From Ekhidna sp. (GTDB lineage Bacteria; Bacteroidota; Bacteroidia; Cytophagales; Cyclobacteriaceae), in contig NZ_CAXPLV010000012.1 of the NCBI RefSeq assembly GCF_964218185.1, positions 9,034 to 73,033 on the forward strand: a stretch of 64,000 bases of DNA, in the 5' to 3' direction. Shown one piece after another: positions 27,359 to 37,479 of this stretch. The notes beneath the pieces were generated by a model that saw nothing but the letters and a program-made list of their open reading frames with translations, made no database searches and was not told the DNA's origin. The translations under genes were made by a program, and so were the position numbers. Positions within the stretch are counted from its first letter, which is position 1. Each line of letters begins with the position of its first letter.

Positions 27359-28803
27359 TCGTTGATCGTATAGAGCAATTCCTTGTTTGCAAAGTCATAT
27401 AGGGTCAGCCTTCTTAAATCATAATAAGCTATCCAGTAGGTTCTTAGTGCAGTAATGTAGCTTCGCTTTGCGTTATCTTTTTCAGTCAGGGCAATGTTGA
27501 GGTTTGTGATATCGATTTTGCCGATTAGGTATCGGTTTTGTGCTACTTCATATCGCTTCTGAGCTACCTCATCAGACTTCTTCGAGATTTCTATTTGCTG
27601 CTGTAGTACATCCAATTGTCTAACCTGGGTTAATATTTCCTGTTCGAAGTTTTGTTCTTCCTGCGCGATGACATAGTCTGTGAGCTGCTTGTTGGCTAAC
27701 GCCGTTTTCATTCGAGCTTCATTTCTGCCCCAGTTCACTATCGGGATATTTAATGTCAAGTTTGCAAATTGTTGAGTTTGTGCATCTTCATAAGACTGAT
27801 CGAATGTTGTTCCAGCACTGTTCAGTCCAAAAGAAGCGTTCAGATTCATTTGAAATCGTTGACCTTTGGCTTGGGCTACCTGAGCATCCGCCTCAATTCT
27901 CCTTCGTTCGAAAGCAATAAAATCCGAACGATTATCTTTTGCATATTGCAAAGCTACTTCTTCATCAACTGGGAATATTGGGATGTTCTCAGGAAGGCTA
28001 AGATTGAAATTCTCTCCCTCATTCAATCCAATGAAGGTTCGGAGAGCTAGTCTGGAAGTCTGCAAATCCAATTCCGCATTGGCTAAATCTTGTTTGGAAC
28101 GTAACAATTGAAGCTCCACCTGTAAGAGTTTATCCTCAGAGGTTGTTCCAATGTTGTATCTCCCTTTTTCAATATTGTAGATCGTATCGTTGTTTGATAA
28201 GTTGAACTCAGCAATTTGGTAGTTTACCTGGGCATCCAGGTAATCAAAGAATCGTTGTACAGCGGTTCGGGAAACAAATTCCATTTCCTCAACATAGCTT
28301 CGTCTGGATTCCTCAAATCGAATAGGCTCTGTTTTTTTATCCCATTTCAACTCGTTAAATGCAAAAATTGGTTGATTTATGGTCAGGTCCACAATAGTGC
28401 TTCTCCATCGTGTATCATCAATGACTAAATCTTGAAACTGGCTAGCTCTTGTATTTACAGATACACTTCCGCCGGTTGGTGAAATTGGCTGGAATAATCC
28501 CAAATTCAATGACGAGTTAGTCTGTTCCACCGGTCTGAATTGTGTGGATCCATCTTCCTGTGTTACCGGAATAAACTGATTACTATAAGCAGGAAGATTC
28601 CCACTTAGTGCAAGTTGAGGGTTGTAATTGGACTTAAATAGTCTATACTGCCAGAAGCGGTTCTCCTTTCGGGTTTCGGCTTGTTTTGCCAGAGGAGACT
28701 GTCCTTTGGCCAGGTCAATGATATTATCCAATGAATAGACTACCTGAGCATTGGAACCAAGCGCAAGCCCAACCAGGCAGATAACTATAGCTATTTTATT
28801 CAT
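27355..28803 (-). CDS. TolC family outer membrane efflux protein
   Basis: Signal peptide MNKIAIVICLVG...SNAQ from ATG 28803, which overlaps the upstream stop; RYNIGTTS..LLQVELQ and RYLIGKIDITNLNIA repeats. Confidence 0.9.
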   Translation of the reverse strand: MNKIAIVICLVGLALGSNAQVVYSLDNIIDLAKGQSPLAKQAETRKENRFWQYRLFKSNYNPQLALSGNLPAYSNQFIPVTQEDGSTQFRPVEQTNSSLNLGLFQPISPTGGSVSVNTRASQFQDLVIDDTRWRSTIVDLTINQPIFAFNELKWDKKTEPIRFEESRRSYVEEMEFVSRTAVQRFFDYLDAQVNYQIAEFNLSNNDTIYNIEKGRYNIGTTSEDKLLQVELQLLRSKQDLANAELDLQTSRLALRTFIGLNEGENFNLSLPENIPIFPVDEEVALQYAKDNRSDFIAFERRRIEADAQVAQAKGQRFQMNLNASFGLNSAGTTFDQSYEDAQTQQFANLTLNIPIVNWGRNEARMKTALANKQLTDYVIAQEEQNFEQEILTQVRQLDVLQQQIEISKKSDEVAQKRYEVAQNRYLIGKIDITNLNIALTEKDNAKRSYITALRTYWIAYYDLRRLTLYDFANKELLYTIND

Positions 28804-30163
28804 ATCTGAGTGAAGTAATAGGGTCTTGAGATGCTGCTTTTTTAGCCGGGGCAATACCAAAGACCAGCCCGATAGTAGTAGCAACACCAAATGAAATTAG
28901 AATTGATCCAAATGAAATTACAGTAGGGATATCTGCAAAACGACTGACGGCTAAAGCCATTATCACACCAAGTATGATACCGATGAATCCGCCGCTGATG
29001 CTGATCATCATAGATTCAAACATAAACTGGTTGATGATATCCGTTTTCTTAGCTCCAATGGAAAGTCTCAGTCCGATTTCCTTGATTCGCTCAAGTACAG
29101 AGGCCAGCATGATATTCATGATGCCAATGCCACCCACAATCAGTGAGATGCCAGCAATGGCTCCAAGCACATAGCTGAAGATATCGTTGGTGCGTTGTTG
29201 CTGTTTCAATAGTAGCTCAGGAATCTCGATTTCGTAATCCACTACTTCATTGTGCTTTCGCTCCAGCATCCTCACAATCACATCTGCAGTTGGATTCAAT
29301 AGTTCAGTTTGGTCAACCTGAACCACCAGCCTGTCTAGCTGATGATAATTAGTTGTCTTGGTATCAGCCTCATTAGAATTACCATTACCACCTATGATAA
29401 TAACATTGCCACCACCACCGCGGTTGGCTCCCTGAATCATTTCTTCAGTCAGCATCGCTCGGTTTTTGTATCTGACCAGAACTGTCTGGAGAGGGGTGTA
29501 TACATCCATGTTGTAATCCCTGATTCCAAGTTTGCTGATACTGCTCTCACTGATATATCTTTCTTCCAGTACACCAATCACCTTTAGCCAGTTGGGGCCG
29601 CATTTGATCATCTTTCCAATTGGGTTTTCTGAGGGGAAGAATTTGGTCTTTATGGATTTACCGATGATGCAGACCGCTTCGCCTTTTTCAAGCTGAACAC
29701 TATTAAACATTTTCCCTTCATCCAGGGTGAAATTGAATATATCGAAATAGGAGGGTTCTACACCAACCAGCTTGGCAGATCTTCGGATTCCGTTTTTGAT
29801 GATGTAGGTTTCTAAAAGAACCTCAGGACTGATTGTCTGTACGCCTGGGATTGTCTTAATGATCGACTCTTTATCATCGAGTGTAAGCCCGGGGGAAAAT
29901 TTTTTCTTTTCCTTTGATTCATCTTCTTCGGCCAGGTTTTCCTCGGTTTGTTCCACCACTGGTTCGATGATGATGTTGTTTACCCCGACAAGCTTGATCT
30001 GCTCTAAGATTTCCTGTTGTGCACCGTTACCAATTGCTAGCATAGCTATTACAGCCGCTACACCGAAGATGATACCCAGAGCAGTAAGAATTGATCGAAC
30101 TCTATTCGCCAGAACAGCTTCTATAGCGATCAGGAGGTTAGCAAGGAGCCTTTCTTTATCCAT
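28796..30163 (-). CDS. MacB-like ABC transporter permease (no fused ATPase)
   Basis: RSILTALGIIFGVAAVIAMLAIG and GGIGIMNIMLASVLERIKEIGLR.SIGA. Confidence 0.92.
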   Translation of the reverse strand: MDKERLLANLLIAIEAVLANRVRSILTALGIIFGVAAVIAMLAIGNGAQQEILEQIKLVGVNNIIIEPVVEQTEENLAEEDESKEKKKFSPGLTLDDKESIIKTIPGVQTISPEVLLETYIIKNGIRRSAKLVGVEPSYFDIFNFTLDEGKMFNSVQLEKGEAVCIIGKSIKTKFFPSENPIGKMIKCGPNWLKVIGVLEERYISESSISKLGIRDYNMDVYTPLQTVLVRYKNRAMLTEEMIQGANRGGGGNVIIIGGNGNSNEADTKTTNYHQLDRLVVQVDQTELLNPTADVIVRMLERKHNEVVDYEIEIPELLLKQQQRTNDIFSYVLGAIAGISLIVGGIGIMNIMLASVLERIKEIGLRLSIGAKKTDIINQFMFESMMISISGGFIGIILGVIMALAVSRFADIPTVISFGSILISFGVATTIGLVFGIAPAKKAASQDPITSLRYE

Positions 30164-30166
30164 AGG

Positions 30167-31531
30167 TTAGTTTCTTCGTCCTCTTCTACCTTGTGGAAAT
30201 TCGCCTTGAGGTCTGGCTTCAGGCTCAGGTGCTTCTTCTTGCTTTTGCATTCGTTTGCCGTTCATTTCAGGGATTAGAACGACATCATCTCCCTGTAGGC
30301 CGCTAACGGTGCTGAGGTACACCCGGTCATTAGGTTCCAGGCCAGCCACAATATGAACATACTCTGAATTCGCATCTCCAAGCATTACTTCCTGCTTGAT
30401 GGTGCTCCCACCTTGCTTTTTGAAAACATAGGTGATAGAATCATATTGTGAATGAAGAGATTCCAAAGGAACATAGATAGCGCTATCTAGTGCTTTTGTA
30501 ATGATTTTATTGCTGGTAGTCATACCAGGCTTTAGTAAGGGGTCAGTTCCAAACACTTCTATTTCCACTTCAAAAACCTTTGCGTCAGAGTTTGGACGTT
30601 GCTCACCTACATTGGCAACTTTGATTACCCTACCTTTTAGCTTTTTGTCAGGGAATGCATCAAAACCAATATCTACTGGTTGTCCGGCCTTTACCTTTCG
30701 GATATCTACTTCATTTACATAGGTCTTCGACAACATCTTGGAGAGGTCTGGTAAGGTGGCTACCGTGGGGTCCCATGCACTGATTTGAGAGCCTGCTTTG
30801 ATAGGCTTACCACTCCAGTCTCGTTCATAGATAAGCATCCCGTCTTCAGGAGCTAAAATGGTAAAATCCTGTTGTAAGGCTTGAAGACCTTCAAGTTCAT
30901 TTTTATCTCCTTGTAGCTCAGCAGCAGCTTCCTGCATTTTAGCCACATTTTGCTGGCGTTTGATTTCATAGTTTTCTTTTGCTTGGGCTAGCGCTCTTTT
31001 AGCCTTCTCCAGATCGATTTCTGCTTTTTGAATAGTTGCAGGTGGCTCGAACTGTGACTGATCTAACACCAGTTGCTTTTCCCTAACGCCATACTCCAAA
31101 TTGATGAGCTCATCCCTTGCCTGCCTCATGGTGAGGGCTGTGTCCAACCTTGTCTGGGTGTATTGAGATTGAGACTGATCTACCTCCAGCTGAGCATCTT
31201 TGATTTTCCCGGTAAGCTCGGAAGGATCGAGGCGAGCAACGTACTGGCCTTTTTTTACCTCCGTACCTTCATCGATGATGTGCTGGATGGTCAGATTCCA
31301 AATCCGATAATTTCTGATTCCCTGCGGACCTTTGATGGGAACTGAATTTTTAGCATCCAAAGAACCGGATGTAGTAATATCAACAATGAATTCGCCTTGC
31401 TCTACCGGAATTACTACTTCCGGATTGGCATCTGATGAGCTGCCGGCGAAAACCAACACCAGGATGGTGACTATTGCAGCACCACCGATGATTAAAACTC
31501 TATTCCTCTTCATTTTTAGGTTTGTTGTCAA
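30167..31531 (-). CDS. Efflux RND/MacA-type periplasmic adaptor subunit
   Basis: N-terminal anchor, GTEVKKGQYVARLD and ILAPEDG lipoyl-like halves, coiled coil, VNEVDIRKVKAGQ and LKPGMT. Confidence 0.9.
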   Translation of the reverse strand: MTTNLKMKRNRVLIIGGAAIVTILVLVFAGSSSDANPEVVIPVEQGEFIVDITTSGSLDAKNSVPIKGPQGIRNYRIWNLTIQHIIDEGTEVKKGQYVARLDPSELTGKIKDAQLEVDQSQSQYTQTRLDTALTMRQARDELINLEYGVREKQLVLDQSQFEPPATIQKAEIDLEKAKRALAQAKENYEIKRQQNVAKMQEAAAELQGDKNELEGLQALQQDFTILAPEDGMLIYERDWSGKPIKAGSQISAWDPTVATLPDLSKMLSKTYVNEVDIRKVKAGQPVDIGFDAFPDKKLKGRVIKVANVGEQRPNSDAKVFEVEIEVFGTDPLLKPGMTTSNKIITKALDSAIYVPLESLHSQYDSITYVFKKQGGSTIKQEVMLGDANSEYVHIVAGLEPNDRVYLSTVSGLQGDDVVLIPEMNGKRMQKQEEAPEPEARPQGEFPQGRRGRRN

Positions 31532-31557
31532 TTAAATACTCTAATCTGAACATAAGG

Positions 31558-33420
31558 TTACTCTGTGCCTAGCCAGAATGCTCTCACTTTTTGTTGCTCA
31601 GGAGATGGATTTTCTATGATTTCCAATGCATGTCTTTGAGAAGATTTTACAAGCATTGATTTAGCTTTTAGCTTTACTTCTTTTGTTTTCCCCTTCACCT
31701 CTCTGCGCACCAAAACAGTTACTTTATCTCCTTCTGCAATCTCACTATAGTATGATTGCATTACATCTGAGAAAGTTTCAAGAGTGATTTTTTCACCATT
31801 CCACTCAAGTAAAACATCACCTACCTGAAGATCCAGATCTTTCCCGAAGGCATTCATATCGCTATTGCCAGCCACATAAATTTCCTGCGCTTCATTGAGT
31901 GCAGGGGTAAATTTCCCAGCTGTTGCAACCATTTCGTTACTCTCTGGTGAATATCTAAGGCCTGCCCATCCTAATATCTCTGCATAAGGAAGTCGTTCAT
32001 TCCCGCCCACATATTTGTCTAAGAATTCTTTGACCTCTGCATTTGTAATTTTTTCTATTTCGCCGAAAAGCTCATCGTCTTTGAAGGCTTTCATTGGACC
32101 GTACTGTTTGGCAAGCTCCCGCAATACAGCTTGTAAATCTTTTTCACCATTTGTGGATTTGATGATGGTGAGGTCCAGGCACCAGGCAATCAGCGCTCCA
32201 CCGGCATACACATCTCCATACCGTCTCTCATTTACCGGCTCAAGGATATTGGCGCTAAATTCAGTATAGGGAATATCTACATTGTATTGATCTTGCTGGT
32301 TCATTTTGCTTTGCATCTCAGCAAGGAAATCTTCAAGATCATACAGCTTGTATTTTACCTGCACATGATGGGATGAGTATTCGGTCACGCCTTCATATAA
32401 CCATAGGTGCTGGCTCATTTCCGGCTCGATGTAGTTGAAGTTATGAATCTCTTCTGAGTGAATATTCAGCGGCGTTACAATGTGAAAGAACTCATGAGCT
32501 GCTACATCCTTGACCGTCTGACTGATTCGCTCAGGATCCATTTCAGGAAGGGTGTAAAGCGAGGAGTAGGAATGTTCCAATGCACCCCAAGAACCCGAGA
32601 TAGAAGGAGAATCAAAGAGATAGATCAAATATGCATATCGATCCACAGGAAGTTCACCTCCCAGGTACTTAGCTTGTGCCTCCATCAGTTCATCTATGTT
32701 GTCCATCACGTCAGCGGCAGACAAAATCTTGTTGGGGGAATAAACCGAAACTAAAACCTCAGCTCCGGCAATATTTTTCGTCACAATATCCGGCTTACTA
32801 TACATGATCGGTGCATCAGCAAGAAAATTATAATTGTCTGCAATGAAAGTGTCAGATGTTTCTGTAGAAATGGTTTTCTTAAGTGAGGTAGCGCCTTTTA
32901 TAGCTTTATCATGAACGACAGTTAGCTCAAAGGGCTTGAACTTATATCCATCAATATATCCTACAAAGCCAAACGTATTCATAACAAACACCCCTTTATC
33001 TGATTCTATACTCATTCCACCTGGCTCGAAAAGTTTATTACTACCATATCCGTCAAATTCATCGTAGGAATCTTCTATCCAGTAGCTAATCTTACTCAGG
33101 TTTTTAGCGTTGGGAATAACCCATCTGTTGGTGCTTATTTTCTCAGCAGCAATTTCTTTTCCATCCTTATCGATCGCCTTAAAATCAACTACAAAGCGTC
33201 CAAAATCAGAAATGCTGTAGGTGCCTGGAACAATCTTGGCCATGTGATACTCGACTGTATCTTCAGAGATGGTCGGAACCTTTATTTCTACAGGAACTCG
33301 ATCTTCATTTGCCTGAGTGAGATCAATGTTGATAAGGTATTTGTCTTGCGCTATGGAAGCGAAAGCGAATAGTAAGGAAAGGGTGAATGCTATTTTTCTC
33401 ATAATTGATTTGTGTGTCAA
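31558..33420 (-). CDS. M61 family metallopeptidase with PDZ-like domain
   Basis: GALEH, AHEFFHIVTP and LWLYEGVTEY; PDZ-like GDVLLEWNG segment. Confidence 0.9.
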   Translation of the reverse strand: MTHKSIMRKIAFTLSLLFAFASIAQDKYLINIDLTQANEDRVPVEIKVPTISEDTVEYHMAKIVPGTYSISDFGRFVVDFKAIDKDGKEIAAEKISTNRWVIPNAKNLSKISYWIEDSYDEFDGYGSNKLFEPGGMSIESDKGVFVMNTFGFVGYIDGYKFKPFELTVVHDKAIKGATSLKKTISTETSDTFIADNYNFLADAPIMYSKPDIVTKNIAGAEVLVSVYSPNKILSAADVMDNIDELMEAQAKYLGGELPVDRYAYLIYLFDSPSISGSWGALEHSYSSLYTLPEMDPERISQTVKDVAAHEFFHIVTPLNIHSEEIHNFNYIEPEMSQHLWLYEGVTEYSSHHVQVKYKLYDLEDFLAEMQSKMNQQDQYNVDIPYTEFSANILEPVNERRYGDVYAGGALIAWCLDLTIIKSTNGEKDLQAVLRELAKQYGPMKAFKDDELFGEIEKITNAEVKEFLDKYVGGNERLPYAEILGWAGLRYSPESNEMVATAGKFTPALNEAQEIYVAGNSDMNAFGKDLDLQVGDVLLEWNGEKITLETFSDVMQSYYSEIAEGDKVTVLVRREVKGKTKEVKLKAKSMLVKSSQRHALEIIENPSPEQQKVRAFWLGTE

Positions 33421-33441
33421 ATACTATGCAAGTCTAAACGT

Positions 33442-33472
33442 AAAAAACCCCTATTGTTTCCAAATAGGGGTT
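33442..33472 (-). terminator. Intrinsic terminator of typA
   Basis: aacccctatt / aataggggtt 10-bp stem followed by a T tract on the minus strand. Confidence 0.8.
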
Positions 33473-33507
33473 AATTTATATAAGTGGTTGTGTCGGTTGT
33501 TTTTTGG

Positions 33508-35313
33508 TTATTCAGCGTTTGCCATACGCTTGCGCTGGTTCTCATCCAGATAAATCTTACGCATACGTATAGACTTAGGAGTTACTTCCACATACTCATC
33601 TTTCTGAATGTATTCTAGTGCCTCTTCAAGACTGAACTTCTTCGCCGGAGCAATTTTCACGTTGTTGTCAGACCCGGACGCACGCATGTTCGTCAGCTTC
33701 TTTCCTTTCTGAATGTTGACTACCAAGTCTGAACCTCTGCTGTGCTCTCCGATTACCTGTCCGGTATATACATCAACACCTGGATCAACAAAGAAGAATC
33801 CACGATCCTGAAGTTTATCAATAGAGTATGGAGTTCCCGGGCCATGCTCCATCGAAATCAATGAACCATTGATTCTACCTGGAATTTTACCTTTATAAGG
33901 CTGATATTCTTTCAGGCGATGTGTCATTACAGCTTCGCCTGCAGTTGCTGTTAACATGTTGTTTCTCAGGCCAATGAGTCCTCTTGATGGAATTTCAAAT
34001 TCAAGGTGCTGAATGTTTCCTTTTGGCTCCATTATCTTCAACTCGCCTTTTCGCTGAGTCACCATTTCGATTGCTTTGCCTGAATATTCATCCGGTACAT
34101 CAATCACCAGATGCTCAATCGGCTCTAGTTTTTGACCATTCTCATCTTCTTTGAAAAGAACCTGAGGTTGGCCTACCTGCAATTCATATCCTTCTCTTCT
34201 CATCGTCTCAATCAAAACAGACAAGTGAAGTACCCCACGACCATACACCAAAAACTTATCTTCAGATCCGGTTTCCTCTACTCTAAGCGCAAGGTTTTTC
34301 TCCAGCTCTTTCATCAGTCTATCACGGATGTGACGGGAAGTCACAAACTTTCCTTCTTTGCCGAAGAAAGGAGAATCATTGATCGCGAACATCATACTCA
34401 TGGTAGGCTCGTCGATTGCTATTCTTGGAAGAACCATTGGATTTTCAAAATCAGTGATCGTGTCCCCAATTTCAAAACCTTCAATTCCAGTGATGGCACA
34501 AATATCTCCAGCTCGTGCAGATTCCACCCTTCTTTTGCCCAGCCCTTCGAATATGTGAACCTCCTTCACCTTAACTCGCTTCAGCGAACCATCCCTTTTA
34601 CTTAGTCCAAGGGATGCTCCTTCTTTGATGTCTCCCTGAACAATTCTGCCAATGGCAATTCTACCAGTAAATGAAGAGAAGTCAAGAGAAGTGATCTGCA
34701 TAGCAGGAACGCCTTCCTTGTAGGGGGCAGGAGGAATTACTTCTATGATTTTATCTAAAAGTGGTAGGATATTGTCAGTAGGTTTTTTCCAATCTTCACT
34801 GAACCAGCCATGCTTGCTGGAACCGTAAAGTGTATGGAAATCAAGTTGTTCTTCTGTTGCATCTAGTGAGAACATAAGGTCGAATACCTGCTCGTGCACC
34901 TCATCCGGCCGACAGTTTTCTTTATCCACCTTGTTTACAACTACGATCGGTTTCAAACCAAGACCAAGGGCCTTGCCTAATACAAATCGGGTTTGAGGCA
35001 TAGGTCCCTCAAAAGCATCCACTAAAAGAATAACTCCGTCAGCCATTTTTAGTACTCGTTCCACTTCACCTCCAAAATCGGAGTGACCGGGCGTATCGAT
35101 GATGTTGATTTTAACACCGTTGTATTCAGCGGATACGTTTTTGGAAAGAATGGTAATTCCTCTCTCACGTTCCAGGTCGTTATTATCAAGGATTAGCTCG
35201 CCTTTCTCCTGATTTTCACGAAACTCCTGAGTAGCGTAAATGATCTTGTCAACGAGCGTAGTTTTGCCATGGTCAACGTGTGCGATGATGGCAATATTTC
35301 TAATTTCTTGCAT
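33508..35313 (-). CDS. typA: Translational GTPase TypA/BipA
   Basis: IAHVDHGKTT, ERGITILSK, DTPGHSDFGGEVER, NKVD and C-terminal EYVEVTPKSIRMRK. Confidence 0.98.
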   Translation of the reverse strand: MQEIRNIAIIAHVDHGKTTLVDKIIYATQEFRENQEKGELILDNNDLERERGITILSKNVSAEYNGVKINIIDTPGHSDFGGEVERVLKMADGVILLVDAFEGPMPQTRFVLGKALGLGLKPIVVVNKVDKENCRPDEVHEQVFDLMFSLDATEEQLDFHTLYGSSKHGWFSEDWKKPTDNILPLLDKIIEVIPPAPYKEGVPAMQITSLDFSSFTGRIAIGRIVQGDIKEGASLGLSKRDGSLKRVKVKEVHIFEGLGKRRVESARAGDICAITGIEGFEIGDTITDFENPMVLPRIAIDEPTMSMMFAINDSPFFGKEGKFVTSRHIRDRLMKELEKNLALRVEETGSEDKFLVYGRGVLHLSVLIETMRREGYELQVGQPQVLFKEDENGQKLEPIEHLVIDVPDEYSGKAIEMVTQRKGELKIMEPKGNIQHLEFEIPSRGLIGLRNNMLTATAGEAVMTHRLKEYQPYKGKIPGRINGSLISMEHGPGTPYSIDKLQDRGFFFVDPGVDVYTGQVIGEHSRGSDLVVNIQKGKKLTNMRASGSDNNVKIAPAKKFSLEEALEYIQKDEYVEVTPKSIRMRKIYLDENQRKRMANAE

Positions 35314-35332
35314 GCAAATTTGAATTCGACCG

Positions 35333-35393
35333 CAAAATTAGACAGAACAATTGTGGATTGCACTATATCAGGTAAACACAAAACTTATATTTG
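35333..35393. promoter_or_regulatory. Divergent -7 promoter boxes for typA and metG
   Basis: TAATTTTG on the minus strand (35333-35340) and TATATTTG on the plus strand (35386-35393), both matching TAnnTTTG. Confidence 0.55.
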
Positions 35394-35411
35394 CGGTCTC
35401 TTATCGAATTT

Positions 35412-37466
35412 ATGACGAAGCAATACAAACGACATACGATCACTGCAGCACTTCCTTATGCCAACGGACCGGTTCATATCGGGCATTTGGCTGGCGTTTA
35501 TGTGCCTGCAGATATTTATGTGAGATACCTCAGAAGTAAGGGCGAGGATGTAGCCTTTGTCTGTGGCTCGGATGAGCACGGGGTAGCGATAGAACTGAGG
35601 GCCAGGAAAGAAGGAAAATCCCCGCAAGAGGTGGTTGACTTCTATCACAATCAAATAAAAGACTCGTTTGAACGGTTCGGAATCAGTTTCGATATCTATC
35701 ATAGAACATCGTCGGAACTTCACCATGAGACTGCTTCTGAATTCTTCAGAAAGATGGAGGCAGAAGGGAAGTTTGCCGTGGAGACTTCTGAGCAGTTTTT
35801 CGATGAGAAGGAGCAGCAGTTTCTGGCTGACAGATATATCAAAGGAACATGCCCGAACTGTGGGTATGAGGAAGCTTATGGCGATCAATGCGAGCGATGC
35901 GGCTCGACATTGAGCCCGACAGAGTTGAAAAATCCTAAATCCATGCTGAGTGGGGAGTCTCCGGTGATGAAGGAAACGAAGCATTGGTATTTGCCATTGG
36001 ATCAATACGAACCATGGCTAAAGGAATGGTTGCTGGAAGGGCATAAAGAGTGGAAGTCTAACGTCTACGGGCAATGCAAAAGCTGGATCGATAATGGCTT
36101 GCGCCCAAGGCCCATGACGCGAGATTTGAAATGGGGGATACCTGTTCCGGTGGATGGCGGAGAAGGTAAAGTGTTGTATGTGTGGTTTGATGCTCCAATC
36201 GGCTATATCTCTGCCACCAAGCAATGGGCAAAGGATAATCGCAAGAATTGGGAAGATTATTGGAAAGCTGAGGATACACGATTGCTGCACTTCATTGGGA
36301 AGGATAATATCGTTTTTCACTGTATAATTTTCCCAACCTTACTTAAGGCCGAAGGAAGCTATGTGCTGCCTGACAATGTACCAGCCAATGAATTTCTGAA
36401 TCTGGAGAGTAACAAGATTTCAACTTCGCGAAACTGGGCTGTCTGGTTGCATGAATACCTACAGGAGTTTCCAGAGAAGCAGGATGTATTGCGCTATACA
36501 CTGACAGCTAATGCTCCGGAAACTAAGGACAATGACTTCACCTGGAAGGATTTTCAAACCAGAAACAACAGTGAACTGGTAGCTATCTTTGGCAATTTTG
36601 TGAATCGAGCGGTTGTGCTGACCCATAAATATTTTGAAGGCAAGGTTCCTGCAAGAGGTGAACTAAAGCCTATTGATGAAGAGGTGATTAAAGCAGTAAG
36701 CGAAGCACCAGCGAAAATTGAAGCTGCTCTGGATCAATTCAAATTCAGAGAGGCACTTGCTCAGATGATGGATCTGGCAAGGATTGGGAACAAGTATCTG
36801 GCAGATACCGAGCCATGGAAACTGATCAAAGAAGACCGGAATAGGGTAGAGACGATCCTTAATCTCGCGCTTCAGATTAGTGCTAATCTAGCGATTGTGT
36901 GCGAGCCATTTTTGCCCCTTACGGCTAAACGACTGGAGGAAATACTGAATACTGAAAAACGGGCATGGATTGATGCTGGCGGAATAGACTTTCTTCCTGA
37001 TAATCACCAACTCAACAAGGCAACATTGCTGTTTGAAAAGATTGAGGATAAGGAGGTGGAAGCACAAGTGAACAAACTACTGGAAACGAAGAAAATGAAC
37101 GAACAAGAAAATAGTAAACCTGAATTGCCAGCATTGAAAGAGGAAATTGTGTTTGATGATTTCATGAAAATGGATTTGCGGGTTGGAGAAATCAAAACCG
37201 CTGAGAAAGTAGAGAAGTCCAATAAGCTCTTGAAGTTTACCGTGGATATGGGGCTGGAAACCCGAACGATTCTAAGTGGTGTGGCAAAGCACTTCACACC
37301 TGAAGAGATGATAGGAAAGAAAGTGACTGTAATGGCTAACCTGGCTCCACGTAAGATCATGGGTGTTGAGTCTCAGGGTATGTTGCTGTTTGCTGAAAAT
37401 TCCGATGGAAAATTAGTGGCTGTCAGCCCCGGAGCAGATGCTGAGAATGGAGGTACCATAAACTAG
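35412..37466 (+). CDS. metG: Methionine--tRNA ligase
   Basis: [13 protein letters not shown], zinc-knuckle CPNC/CERC, KISTS (KMSKS equivalent) and C-terminal tRNA-binding domain. Start placed at ATG 35412. Confidence 0.97.
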   Translation: MTKQYKRHTITAALPYANGPVHIGHLAGVYVPADIYVRYLRSKGEDVAFVCGSDEHGVAIELRARKEGKSPQEVVDFYHNQIKDSFERFGISFDIYHRTSSELHHETASEFFRKMEAEGKFAVETSEQFFDEKEQQFLADRYIKGTCPNCGYEEAYGDQCERCGSTLSPTELKNPKSMLSGESPVMKETKHWYLPLDQYEPWLKEWLLEGHKEWKSNVYGQCKSWIDNGLRPRPMTRDLKWGIPVPVDGGEGKVLYVWFDAPIGYISATKQWAKDNRKNWEDYWKAEDTRLLHFIGKDNIVFHCIIFPTLLKAEGSYVLPDNVPANEFLNLESNKISTSRNWAVWLHEYLQEFPEKQDVLRYTLTANAPETKDNDFTWKDFQTRNNSELVAIFGNFVNRAVVLTHKYFEGKVPARGELKPIDEEVIKAVSEAPAKIEAALDQFKFREALAQMMDLARIGNKYLADTEPWKLIKEDRNRVETILNLALQISANLAIVCEPFLPLTAKRLEEILNTEKRAWIDAGGIDFLPDNHQLNKATLLFEKIEDKEVEAQVNKLLETKKMNEQENSKPELPALKEEIVFDDFMKMDLRVGEIKTAEKVEKSNKLLKFTVDMGLETRTILSGVAKHFTPEEMIGKKVTVMANLAPRKIMGVESQGMLLFAENSDGKLVAVSPGADAENGGTIN

Positions 37467-37479
37467 CAAGCAGCTAAGC

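Noticed and set aside
35385-36005. 206-aa antisense ORF over metG, and the many other short overlapping ORFs in the track (e.g. 9305-9766, 23513-24016, 34132-34605)
   Set aside because: They lie wholly opposite or within well-supported genes and have no recognisable motifs, so they are treated as shadow ORFs.
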